Assembly: GCA_937625935.1 (NCBI GenBank) | Contig: OW569382.1 | Location: 382,060-446,059, forward strand | Direction of reading: 5' to 3' | Source: Tetramitus jugosus | Lineage: Eukaryota; Protista; Heterolobosea | DNA length: 64,000 nt | Shown here: piece after piece, positions 43,809 to 54,652 of the stretch | Position numbering within the stretch: the first letter of the stretch is position 1 | Layout: each line of letters opens with the position of its first letter | Position numbers and translations under genes: made by a program | Notes under the pieces: model-generated | Database searches by the model: none | The model's input: only the letters and a program-made list of their open reading frames with translations | What the model was told of the DNA's origin: nothing

Positions 43809-44807
43809 ATGAGTTTCTCAAGTGTTTCTCTGTTGAAGCAATCACTTCAAACTGCCCTGAAAAAACACGCCAACACTGCTAAAGCTGCTGGGAAGCAAAA
43901 GTACTTCAAGAATGTGATTCAATTCCATGGTTTGGATACCCCTGTGCTTCAATCCTCTGTTTTCACTCCTATTTTCAATGAGTCCATCAAGAAAATTCCA
44001 CTCCCTGAACAGGTTGATCTGGCGTGTGAACTGCTGACGAGCAAGTACGCTGAAGAAAAGTATTGTGGAATTATGCTGCTGAGCAAGAATGTGAAGAATA
44101 TTGCAAAGTTTGTTGCTGCTGACCAAAAGCTGAAGAAGAAGGAGGAAGAGGAAGACAATGTGACGTTCACAGAGACTTTTTTAACAAAATTGGAGACCCA
44201 TATCGATGATCATGTGTACGATTGGGGTACTTGCGACGTGTTGAGCTCCAAAGTCATTTGTGAGCTCATCAAGTTGAATCCAACACTAGTTGCTCCCTTG
44301 GTTCAACAATGGAAGAGCTCACCCAAATTGTGGAGACAGAGAGCTGCATGTGTAAGTTTTGTCAAGATTGCTCGTCATGGGCAGCACAACCAAACAATCA
44401 TTGACATTTGTGAGACATGTGTTCAAAACCAGGAACGCTTTGTTCAATTGGGCTGCGGATGGGTTCTCAGAGAATTGTCCCTGTCTGATCTCAAGTTAGT
44501 TGTGCAGTTCATTACAGAACACTATGACTCCTTTATCAGAGAAGGTCTCAGATATGCGATTGAGAAGATGGAACCACAATTAAGATCACAGTTATTGGCC
44601 TACAAGGCTGGTGATGAAATTAAACTGGACCAGAGCTCCCAAAAGAAGAAGTCAAAGGGGCTTTCAGTACGGAAGAAACGTGCAGTAGAATCAGATGATG
44701 AGAGTGAGAAGTCTGAGGAGTCAAGTGATGATGAGGATCATCAACCTGCTGAGAAACGAAATGCAAGAGTCACAAGGAGTCAAAGTAAAAAACTTCGCAC
44801 TTCCTAA
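43809..44807 (+). CDS. AlkD-like DNA alkylation repair (HEAT-like) protein
   Basis: KYFKNVIQFHG, DWGTCD, LWRQRA, FVQLGCGWVLRE and LRYAIEK motifs; basic/acidic NLS-like tail. Confidence 0.85.
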   Translation: MSFSSVSLLKQSLQTALKKHANTAKAAGKQKYFKNVIQFHGLDTPVLQSSVFTPIFNESIKKIPLPEQVDLACELLTSKYAEEKYCGIMLLSKNVKNIAKFVAADQKLKKKEEEEDNVTFTETFLTKLETHIDDHVYDWGTCDVLSSKVICELIKLNPTLVAPLVQQWKSSPKLWRQRAACVSFVKIARHGQHNQTIIDICETCVQNQERFVQLGCGWVLRELSLSDLKLVVQFITEHYDSFIREGLRYAIEKMEPQLRSQLLAYKAGDEIKLDQSSQKKKSKGLSVRKKRAVESDDESEKSEESSDDEDHQPAEKRNARVTRSQSKKLRTS

Positions 44808-45083
44808 TGGCGAAAGTCGCAACTTTACAATACCACACAAAAATTTCTTGGTTGACAACACACGTAATTGTATTTTTTTTGGATGAGAGCTCTGATCAGG
44901 ATGACAAAAATAGTGCCGCGTATGGTGCAATAGAGAACAATGGAACCTTAACCATACGCGGCACTATTTTTGCAAGCTTTTATCCCTATTCCTAATACTG
45001 CAACAACAACATACAACAAACTAACCACCCAACAACTGTAAATACAACTAATCAACCAGCCAACCAAACCAACTTACAGAAAA

Positions 45084-45683
45084 ATGGTCGAAGCCAAACA
45101 ACAGAAATCCACTATCCACCAAGAACAAATTAACATCATTGAAGAGAAACCAGTGCTAGACAAGATTGAAACTCTGGTGCATAAGGATGTCATCGAACAA
45201 GCACATGTCCACGAGGTGATCAAGCAGAGAGAGATTGAAATTCATGAGAAACCTATTGAGAAGCAAGTGTTGCATCCAGAGAAGGAAATTTTCGTAAAGG
45301 AAGCAGATGAATTTGAAGTATTTGGAAGAGAAAAGGCACTATCGGAGAGAAACAAGTTGATCAAGGATTTAAGGGAAGCAGATGTTGGTCATGAAATCAA
45401 GATGGAAGAAAGAAGCGATGTGAGAGTGATCGAACAAGCACCTTCAGTGACGGTGGACCACGAACTCACAAGAGAAATCATTGAAAGACCTATTGTGACT
45501 GAAATCCATCATCAACCAGTGAAGGAAGTTCACGAAAGAGACATCCATAAGACTATTTATGAAACTCCAATCGTAAAGGTTGTGAGAGAAGAAACTGTCA
45601 AGGAAGTGATCACTGTCTCCTCCCCTGTCCCATTAAGCACCAACATTGCGACGACCACTATCAAGGAACACAAATTATTGTAA
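45084..45683 (+). CDS. Glu/Ile/Val/His/Lys-rich repetitive protein
   Basis: 199-aa ORF with repeated EIHEKP, EIHHQP and IIERP-type motifs. Confidence 0.7.
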   Translation: MVEAKQQKSTIHQEQINIIEEKPVLDKIETLVHKDVIEQAHVHEVIKQREIEIHEKPIEKQVLHPEKEIFVKEADEFEVFGREKALSERNKLIKDLREADVGHEIKMEERSDVRVIEQAPSVTVDHELTREIIERPIVTEIHHQPVKEVHERDIHKTIYETPIVKVVREETVKEVITVSSPVPLSTNIATTTIKEHKLL

Positions 45684-45998
45684 ATTAAACCTCCGTTTAA
45701 ATTGTTACCACCCATATTTTTTTTCATGACAAAAAATTGGAGGAGTATAGGAAAAACTTGAATGACTTCGGTCCTACTTGAATGATGGTTAATTATTGTA
45801 CTGAAAGTCATGAAAACCCAAAAGGGTTGTGATTACACATTTCAAACACTGACACGCCAAACTTTTGTCTTGTCCAATCTCCGGTTGTCTTTCGTGTTCG
45901 CCAACTTTCCAACTGGCAACGGAAATGCCGTAAAACACGCAGCCTTCCAATCAAAAAAAAAATCTTCTGCTGTCGTCTCAACAAACAAAAACAACATC

Positions 45999-47591
45999 AT
46001 GTTCAAATCAATTATTGCAACCTTGTTGTTGCTCTGCTCCTTGTCAGTATTCGTTTCTGCTGACTTGCCTGTCCACTGTTTGTTCCACCAAATTCAAGGT
46101 ATGTTATGCTTGCTCAACCACCGTTCACACCCATGAACAAGTGCAAAAAAAAAGCTACCACAAAAAATCACCTCACCAATCACACATGATAACTAACATC
46201 TTTGAAAAAAAACAGGAACATGGGAATTGTCGCTTACAACAGGCGGTAAAACCAGAGACATTGTCAACACGTGCACCCTCAATAGCACACTCTCCATTGA
46301 CTCCAAAATCAACATTCGTCTCACTGCTCCTGATGTCGTGAGAGATGACACTGGTATGAACATTGGTTTCTGGACATTGATTTATGATCAAGGTTTCGAA
46401 GCTGTTTTCACTCTTCAAGGAGAGTCCAAACCTCGCAAGTTCCTTAGCTTTTTCCACTATACTGAAGATCAAGACGGTGTAGTGACGAGCAACTGTGATA
46501 GAACTTTTGTTGGTTGGTATCATGATGCCACTGGTGCGAATCCATCCAACTGGGGCTGTTTCCAAGGTAAAAGATTGAGTGATGAACAACCATTGTTCTC
46601 CTTGACCAATATTCGTAAGCCAAATATGCCTGTTTTCAATGCCAAACAGCTCTTTAAAAACGATGCTGCTTTGATTGAAAAAATTAACAAGGGAAATTTT
46701 GGATGGAGCGCAAAAGCTTATCCACACTTTGAACAATTGACCAATGGAGATGTTCAGAGAATTTCTGGTAGAAGAATCAATCCATTTGCAAAGACTGCAT
46801 TGCAAAATACGAGCAAATTCCTCAAATCACTCAAGTCAAAGGTGACTCAGACTCCAGTGAGTCAAATGAAGGTCAATCTACCAGAGGCATGGGATTGGAG
46901 AAATGTTTCTGGTGTCAACTATGTTTCCCCTGTTAGAAATCAACTCAAATGTGGCTCATGCTACGCATTTGCTGCCATGGGTATGTTTGAAGCTAGATTG
47001 AGAATCAAGACCAAGAATCAAGATCAAACCATTCTTTCTCCACAAGATGTGGTTGACTGCAGTGTTTACTCTCAGGGATGTGATGGTGGATTCCAATACC
47101 TTGTTTCCAAGTATGCTGAAGACTTTGGATTGACATCTGAACAATGTGATCCTTATGTCGGATCTGATGAAAAGTGCTCCAACAAGTGTGCAGGTCAAAA
47201 GAGACTCTATGGTACTGGATATGCCTATGTTGGTGGATTCTATGGTGGTGCTAGCGAGGAGGCCATGATGAGAGAGATTTATCTCAATGGTCCTGTTGTT
47301 GTTGGTTTTGAGGTGCATCCTGACTTCCGTAACTACAATGGTGGTGTTTACAGACACAGTGGATTGAAGTCTAGCCAAGACCCACAATTCTTTGAAGTCA
47401 ATCACGCTGTTTTGGCTGTTGGTTGGGGTGTTGATCCAGTTCAAGGAAAGTATTGGATCATCAAGAACAGTTGGTCCGAGGACTGGGGACTCAAGGGATA
47501 CTTCTTGATTGCCAAGGGTGTTCCAGGTTATGGTGGTGAATGTGGTGTTGAATCTGATGCCGTCAGCGCTCATCCACAACAATGGATGTAA
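45999..47591 (+). CDS. CTSC: Cathepsin C (dipeptidyl peptidase I), 2 exons
   Basis: Signal peptide followed by DLPVHC; exclusion domain WTLIYDQGFE; QLKCGSCYAF, NHAV and KNSW motifs; intron 46099-46215. Confidence 0.93.
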
Positions 47592-47660
47592 GGAACTCTT
47601 GCAATAAAATAGTTTACTGAAGTAAGAAGTGAAAACCTTTGATTGAAATAAGGAGAAATT

Positions 47661-50600
47661 TTACAGGAACAAAGGAGAAAGTTGTTGTACCGAGACTTGA
47701 CAGTGCTTTGTGGTTGCTTTGTCGAGAGTCGCCTCACCACCAAGAAGTTCCAAAAACTTGCAGAAGCTTCGTTCTGTGACTCTCTGCCGAGTTCGATCTT
47801 CAATCTGTTTCGACTTGGCATAAGCAATCTCCAGTATGGGTGGAGGTATTCCTGCGAGCTTGGCCACATTGATTCCATACGATTTCTCAGCCATTCCAGG
47901 CAATAATTTGTAGAGGAATTCGATAGATTTCTCACCGAGAAGGATGCTATAATCTGAATCATCTGAGTTATCGACCTTTGGTGCAGCATAGGACATGTGA
48001 TAGTTGCGGACACAGGAGAATGTGTTCTCAAGTTGTGTAATCAAGGGATAATGTGTCACGAAAAGAGTAAAGCAACGCATTTCAATTAACTTTGTAAGAA
48101 TGGCATGAGCAATACTATAACCATCGTACGTACTTGTTCCTCTACCAATCTCATCCAATACGACCAATGACTTGTAAGTTGCATGATGCAGCATCTCACT
48201 TGCCTCAGCTAGTTCGACGAAAAATGTTGATTGACCTCGAGCAATATTGTCGGAGGCACCCATTCTTGTATAAATGCTATCGAAAATACTTAGGCGACAA
48301 CTTTCGGCTGGAACATAGCAACCAATTTGAGCCATGAGAACAATAAGAGATACTTGCCTCAAGTAGCTCGACTTACCACCCATATTTAAGCCTGTGCACA
48401 CGTAGATTCTCGTATCTGCATCCATCTTTGTAGAGTTAGGTACAAACTCTCTCTCCGTCAAAATTGTTTCCATGACAGGATGACGTCCATTAATAATTTC
48501 GAGAACACGGGGCTGGTCATCTGGAACAAACTCTGGCTTGACGTATCCTTGACCGATAGATAACTCGGCCAGTGAGTTCAAGCAATCTAATATTGCAAAT
48601 TGGTCAATGCACTTTTTCAAAGAGCTATACTTGGAGGAAAATTGCTTCAGTAAGTCCACCCAAGCTTTGTCTGACTCGATTCCCAGTTTATCTTCATTCA
48701 GATCAATAATCTTAATCTGGTCGATAATTGGTTGAGTATGATATCGCACCAAGGTTTTCGTTTGCCCCAACTTTATCCACTCTTTTGGTGCATCCTTGGA
48801 TGCTCCTATCGGCAGTTCAATGACATACTTGAAATTCTTGTAAGTCTTGAAACTCAAGCTAGGTTTCTTGAATAACTTTCGCGCACCTTCTAATTCCCTG
48901 TCCAAATTCTTCTTTGCCTCTTTGATGAGATTGTAGTACGAAGCAATATGTCCACATATTGAGCCAGTAACTAGATTTGTGTCATTCGAGATACTTTGTT
49001 TGATAAACAAAGCTGACTTAATTCCTTCCTTTGCTGCTTGATGAGAGAAAGAGTCTAAGTATGCTTGGATGAAGGATACCAAGTCATTTGGTATATTTTC
49101 AAATATCTGATACAAAAGTCCATCTTTTACAAGTTCAGCTTGCCACAAAGACTTTTCTGGTATATTCTCGAATATTCGCTGGAATGCACCAAGTGCTCTC
49201 AAAAATTCTTGAGGTGAAATCTTATTGTAAAAGATTTTCATCAATGTCTTCTCCAAGTCTGGCAAGCTCTTCATGATTTCTATCATTTTGTCCAAGCAGG
49301 CTGAATGATTGTGTATTTCATCAATAGCATTCAGTCTCTCTTGAATTCTGTTCATATCTGTCAATGGATGGGTGATCCATTGTTTCAATAATCTTGCGCC
49401 AAATTTAGTTCTTGTTCTATCCATGATGTAGTACAAAGAGCCATTCTGACCATTATCAGTACTGTTCTGTAATATTTCCAAGTTGTGCAGTGTGATACCA
49501 TTTAGAGACATTGTTCCGATTGTATTAAAGGAGTGATACTTCATTCGAGGAAGGCGCAACAAATGGTCCAATTTGAAATCCTTCAAATAGATGATGAGTC
49601 TGTAGAAGCATAGTTGAACGGAAAATGGAAGTGACATAATTTTCTCCAACTGTTCCTCTTCAGATGATTTTACGACCTTTGGTACACCGTCCTCCTCGTC
49701 TTCCTCTTCAGATACAAAGAATTCTTCAAAATATTTGGTCAAAAACCGTTGATTCTCCTCATCTAGATCATGCGAATATTTCTCAATTCTAGGGTGTGAA
49801 TTGTTTCTACATAACGATTGTTGCACTATTCTCTCCGTTTCACGGGACACATCTTCTGATAACAAAACTTCGATAGGCTGGATTTTACACAACCTTGTAT
49901 CAAGCTCCTGTCTCATCGCGTGATCTACAAATGGCTCTTCATAAATGACTTGACCAGTTGTCACATCAACACATACCATGGAGATCATCACTTTTTGAGA
50001 TGAATCATCTTCATCTTCGAATGATTCTTCGTTTATAACTAACAAATGAGAGAATATTCCTTCATCCAAATCACCCAAGTCCTCTCCAATTTGTGTGCTT
50101 GCTGAATACATGCTAGTCAGATCACGAGTAAATGGTTGAGCAGACTTTTTTCCCTTTTCGTCATCCATGGCCTTCAATGCTGCCGTTTCCGTTTGCTTTA
50201 CAACTCCACACTTAAAACCAGCCAGAATCATCTTTCTTAAGTGAAAGGATAACCGATGCGTGGGCAGACAGACGCATTGGAAATTACTCTTTTGAAACTG
50301 GATCAACCCATTTGTTTTGCTTGCATTCAGTGCATCTTCTCCAAAAAGATAAAATTTGTATCCAACTTCCACAAACATAAGTACTCCAGGATACTCCTTC
50401 TTCAACTTCAAAACTTGTTGTTCAAGTGGAGTGTGTTTGACTACGCTTGATTTTGCTTTGGTCTTCGTGCTTGCCTTCTTCTTAGTCTTCTTTTTTGCAC
50501 CATCCGACTCTTCATCGTCATCACCTCCATCTCCTGCTTCTGCTCTTTGCTCTGCGTTCAAAAGAGATTCAGACAACAACTTTTCAACAAATAGCTTATG

Positions 50601-51389
50601 ACGTTCTTCATCTGCTACTTCTCCTTGCTTTTCTGAGCTGTACATGTATACGACAGGATCAAATGCAGGAGCACTACTCGTACTTGTCTTCGATGATGAT
50701 GTCTTCTTCACTGGAGTGGATACTGAAGATTTCTTCTTTGTATTTTTGCTCTTTGTAAGTGAGATTTTCTTGCCCTTTTTCTTCTTTAACGAAGCAACAA
50801 CTTCTCCATCTGATGAATCATCCATCGGCATTCCATGATCCAACTCTTCCTCATATGCACCATCATCCACATCTTCATCTGCATCATCTCTTGCAGCATC
50901 AGGAACATAATCATCATCGTCATTATCACTGCTATTTTTCTTTCTTTTATGTTTCGCTGGTTTTTCATCTCTTGTTTTGCGTACCCAGACCTTCTTTTTC
51001 GAAGAAGAAGCCTTCTTCTCTGTTTCCTCTGCTTCTTCTTCTGCATTGTCATCATTATCGCTATTATCTCGACCTGCAGCTAATACTCTACTTTTGGATC
51101 TTCGAGTGGTGACTCTACGTCTCTTGGGTGCTCTTTGCTCTTCTTCTTCTTCATCAGAATCAGACTCATCACTGTTCTTATCGTCGACAGTTGATTTTTG
51201 TTGAGTTGCAATTCTTTGTCTGGCAAGAACAGAAGTTCTTCTGCTTCTTCTCGTCGTCGTAGTTGTGGTCGTCTTGTCTTCACTGACTACTTGTTCTTCT
51301 TCTTGTTGTTGTTCGATGGTCCCTTCATGGTTCTCATCACTGCTCGATTCGACGGTGACTCGGGTGCGTTTTCTGACTACTCTTGGCAT
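47661..51389 (-). CDS. MSH3: DNA mismatch repair protein MSH3
   Basis: TPLEQQ..VEVGYKF..FGEDA (MSH3-type YK), KQTETAALKA, GRHP, TGLNMGGKS, STFFVEL, DEIGRGTST and FVTHY motifs. Confidence 0.92.
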   Translation of the reverse strand: MPRVVRKRTRVTVESSSDENHEGTIEQQQEEEQVVSEDKTTTTTTTRRSRRTSVLARQRIATQQKSTVDDKNSDESDSDEEEEEQRAPKRRRVTTRRSKSRVLAAGRDNSDNDDNAEEEAEETEKKASSSKKKVWVRKTRDEKPAKHKRKKNSSDNDDDDYVPDAARDDADEDVDDGAYEEELDHGMPMDDSSDGEVVASLKKKKGKKISLTKSKNTKKKSSVSTPVKKTSSSKTSTSSAPAFDPVVYMYSSEKQGEVADEERHKLFVEKLLSESLLNAEQRAEAGDGGDDDEESDGAKKKTKKKASTKTKAKSSVVKHTPLEQQVLKLKKEYPGVLMFVEVGYKFYLFGEDALNASKTNGLIQFQKSNFQCVCLPTHRLSFHLRKMILAGFKCGVVKQTETAALKAMDDEKGKKSAQPFTRDLTSMYSASTQIGEDLGDLDEGIFSHLLVINEESFEDEDDSSQKVMISMVCVDVTTGQVIYEEPFVDHAMRQELDTRLCKIQPIEVLLSEDVSRETERIVQQSLCRNNSHPRIEKYSHDLDEENQRFLTKYFEEFFVSEEEDEEDGVPKVVKSSEEEQLEKIMSLPFSVQLCFYRLIIYLKDFKLDHLLRLPRMKYHSFNTIGTMSLNGITLHNLEILQNSTDNGQNGSLYYIMDRTRTKFGARLLKQWITHPLTDMNRIQERLNAIDEIHNHSACLDKMIEIMKSLPDLEKTLMKIFYNKISPQEFLRALGAFQRIFENIPEKSLWQAELVKDGLLYQIFENIPNDLVSFIQAYLDSFSHQAAKEGIKSALFIKQSISNDTNLVTGSICGHIASYYNLIKEAKKNLDRELEGARKLFKKPSLSFKTYKNFKYVIELPIGASKDAPKEWIKLGQTKTLVRYHTQPIIDQIKIIDLNEDKLGIESDKAWVDLLKQFSSKYSSLKKCIDQFAILDCLNSLAELSIGQGYVKPEFVPDDQPRVLEIINGRHPVMETILTEREFVPNSTKMDADTRIYVCTGLNMGGKSSYLRQVSLIVLMAQIGCYVPAESCRLSIFDSIYTRMGASDNIARGQSTFFVELAEASEMLHHATYKSLVVLDEIGRGTSTYDGYSIAHAILTKLIEMRCFTLFVTHYPLITQLENTFSCVRNYHMSYAAPKVDNSDDSDYSILLGEKSIEFLYKLLPGMAEKSYGINVAKLAGIPPPILEIAYAKSKQIEDRTRQRVTERSFCKFLELLGGEATLDKATTKHCQVSVQQLSPLFL

Positions 51390-51736
51390 CTTGCACTGGG
51401 TCAATAAATAAAGAAGTAAATGCAAGCTTTTGTTTGAAGACAGTTCACCAGTATCGACCGGGCGAAGTTTAAAGTGCAGTTCGAGTGAATTGTGGATTAG
51501 CGGAAAAACAGAATTTGTCCGAGTTATCTATTACCCGCCAAATAACCCCGAAAGATTCGACCCTTCTGTTCTCCGACGCCAGCAGTCTTCTGTCAGTACA
51601 AAAACGAACCCTTCCACCCCCAACCAACAAACAAAAACAACAAGTGCCACACTCTCGATAACTACCCCGAATATCTTTGCTGCCAATTATTGAATAAGAT
51701 CTGATTGGCTCTTTATTTCACATTCACACTTGACAA

Positions 51737-53089
51737 ATGTACAGGACCGAAATCCTTTTGCCATCTTCGTCTGGCTCTCCTTCGCCCAGGTCTGCCAATT
51801 CCAGTTCCTCCCATCACTATTCCTTCTCGCTTTCATCGCCTGCCGTAGACCACAATTCGCCCTTCAACAACAATACCAACGACTATTCAAGCAATAGGAA
51901 AACTGATTATTCCGATCATCCTTTCCATACTGGATTCATCTTTAGCAGTACGAATACATCGAGTCATCTTCATAATACAGATAAGGACGATGACGATGAT
52001 GAATCTAGTGATCAAAAACAAGAAGATGAAGTCATCACGTTTCACTCACCCGGTAGTTGCACACCAAGGAAGCGAAAGTTCAGTCTTCATAACACACCGA
52101 GGTCACTCAGAAAAACATCCATGATTCAATCACCAGTAGTGTCGTACGACCATGATGACCTTGGATCAAGTGGCCCTTTAACGACCAGAGGTAGAAGCAC
52201 TACATTGAAATCGACACCTTCATCCGGCAGTCGCCGAAGGCCTTCTCTGTTTGGTGGTGGCATCGGTGTGAGTGGTGCTTTTGGTTCACCGAGCCCTCGA
52301 AAGAAAGACATGGGAAATATATTGTTGACCAACAAACGAAGAGTACTAGAGACGAGCAAGAGAGGCAGTATAAAACAAGACATACGACTGTCAGCAAGCA
52401 TGGAAATTGTCCAGTATTCGGCAACAGATTTTGGCATCATTACTCGAAACGGAGAAATTGTGATGCAAGACTTGAATGGAAATGCTGGAGAGTGGGTGCA
52501 AGTGCTCACGAATACGATAGAAACCATTGTAGAGGAGCGACTGGAGGAGAAGGAGGGTCTTCGACCCAAGCGGAAAACCAGTTCAGCCTCGAGACAAAGA
52601 TCCAACAGTGCCGCTGTCAACGCACGGAGGTCTGTACAAAATTTTGTGGAGGAGTTGCATCATGGTACGGCTGTTCGTACTTCGTTGAAGCAAATACAAC
52701 AACAGTTTTTGCAACAAGCACAGTTTGTGACATCTCCTACGAGCCCTACGAACACCAACAAGGGACAAAGTTTTAATTGGAACGCTCCAATGACCAGCCG
52801 AAGTGTGGAAGACAACAGGAATACAATGACAGCCACGGCAGCCACGTCCACATCCAACAAAAATTTAACTTACTCATCCAACACATCTACTGGCTCTGAT
52901 GACACAATTACGAACGCCACTTCTCCCAGAATGTCCCCCAGAGTGATAGGAAAGGATTATGGTAATTTCAGAGAGAGACAACCACAGATTGAAGCAGAGA
53001 GACAACGGAAACTGGACGCCAAACGTGCAAAGGAGCTGCGCAAAGAGAAAAGAAAGCAATCCGCACGCAATAAATGCAGCATTATGTAA
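51737..53089 (+). CDS. Ser/Thr-rich low-complexity protein with polybasic + CAAX (CSIM) end
   Basis: 450-aa ATG ORF ending KEKRKQSARNKCSIM. Confidence 0.7.
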   Translation: MYRTEILLPSSSGSPSPRSANSSSSHHYSFSLSSPAVDHNSPFNNNTNDYSSNRKTDYSDHPFHTGFIFSSTNTSSHLHNTDKDDDDDESSDQKQEDEVITFHSPGSCTPRKRKFSLHNTPRSLRKTSMIQSPVVSYDHDDLGSSGPLTTRGRSTTLKSTPSSGSRRRPSLFGGGIGVSGAFGSPSPRKKDMGNILLTNKRRVLETSKRGSIKQDIRLSASMEIVQYSATDFGIITRNGEIVMQDLNGNAGEWVQVLTNTIETIVEERLEEKEGLRPKRKTSSASRQRSNSAAVNARRSVQNFVEELHHGTAVRTSLKQIQQQFLQQAQFVTSPTSPTNTNKGQSFNWNAPMTSRSVEDNRNTMTATAATSTSNKNLTYSSNTSTGSDDTITNATSPRMSPRVIGKDYGNFRERQPQIEAERQRKLDAKRAKELRKEKRKQSARNKCSIM

Positions 53090-53142
53090 GGATACAAAGT
53101 GTATTGTTTTGCTAGGGGCTTAAGGGGCTCGTTCAGGAACAA

Positions 53143-53736
53143 TCAACTTGAGCTTGTGATATCTACTACGTTGAGCGAATAGCCTGCTACCTGAATCCTC
53201 TTTTCGACCTCCTTCAAAAAATAATTAATTTGAGCCGAGGCAAATATCATGGACTGACTCTCAATCGCTGATGTGACCATTGGAATCCATCTTCTAAAGT
53301 CACAATTGATTGTAGCATGAACGAGGGAGGACTGCCCATCCATTGATCGTGCAACGTTCATTATCACTTTGGATTCCAGTGGGCTGAGCATTGCATTTTT
53401 TATGAATACATCGGTGATCACTTGAACCTGGGATATGAGTCCCTGATTGTCTTTTGTGTGAGTCATCCGAGAGACAGACGAAGCTTCCATCATTCCATCA
53501 ATGTTGAACATTCTTTGAAGTGCATCAGGAACAGCCAAGGGAACCATGTATGAATTCCATCGCTCCAAGAATTGAGCATTCCCGTCACTGCCCAAAGACC
53601 AAGAACTCACCTTGACATCTCTCCATCCCAGAGCCTCTTGTGTCTGCTTAAGGAAGATTGGATCATCAATCATATGCTGTACAATGAAGTGGATGGGTAC
53701 TCCTCTAAATTCTAAACGTATTTGTTGTGATTTCAT
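53143..53736 (-). CDS. START/VASt-like fold hypothetical protein
   Basis: About 197-aa ORF; DVKVSSW, a beta-strand pattern and a C-terminal helix (SAIESQS) resemble VASt. Family assignment tentative. Confidence 0.55.
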   Translation of the reverse strand: MKSQQIRLEFRGVPIHFIVQHMIDDPIFLKQTQEALGWRDVKVSSWSLGSDGNAQFLERWNSYMVPLAVPDALQRMFNIDGMMEASSVSRMTHTKDNQGLISQVQVITDVFIKNAMLSPLESKVIMNVARSMDGQSSLVHATINCDFRRWIPMVTSAIESQSMIFASAQINYFLKEVEKRIQVAGYSLNVVDITSSS

Positions 53737-54652
53737 TTCCACTCATCAGTTTCCGAAATTGTTAATGTTAATCTACCCGTCAGCCTTGTTTTTATGTGCG
53801 ATACAACCGGGTCGGGATTTTGTCAAGATCTGTTCTATTATCTGTTCGATGTGACAAATTTGGTCTTTACGGGACTTGTGTTCAGATACACTACAGCCGT
53901 GTTTGTCGACAACTGCTATCAACATCTCCAGACTACGATGAATTCCGCGAGTGCTTGATACTATCTTTCTACTCACGAAATGAAGGAGAGAACTCGTCTA
54001 TTAGATGGTGCAAAATAACGTCGGGTTGACCCAATTTCAAGAACTGAGGAACTTCAATCACACAAAGTATCTAACTGTGGTATCTCGAGAAATTCCGCTT
54101 TAGAATTTTTGGGTTGTGTCCTTTTTTTACGCTGCGCGCGAAAACCACGACATCGTCAAGCGACTCGTCCCACACCGCGTATTTCGCAGTCTCTCGCAGT
54201 GAAAAAAAACCAAACATCACAAAGAGAGTCTTCAACTACTCAAAGAAACTTGTGCATTTCACAAAAAGAAACAAGCAACAACCAAAGCAACAACAACTAT
54301 CAATACAAATACCAGTATTTTATTGAGAACAGAAAGCTAAAAATTGTAATCTGAACAAAAAAGGAGGAGTCTGCCACACAAATACCTAGTATTCGTCGTT
54401 CATCATCATCATATCGCAGTAGTCATATCATCATACACAACAACCATTTTCACCAACAACAACACAACCATTTACTGCTAAACTTTAGGAGGAGTCTGTC
54501 ACACAAAAAATAATCATCATACCATCACCATACTACTTTTTATTCATTGAGGACATCGTTGATACACACATACATATTACTATTTCAGCAAGTCTACTAC
54601 TACTCAAACTTCTACAATATTGAATAATAATAACAACAACAACAACAACAGT

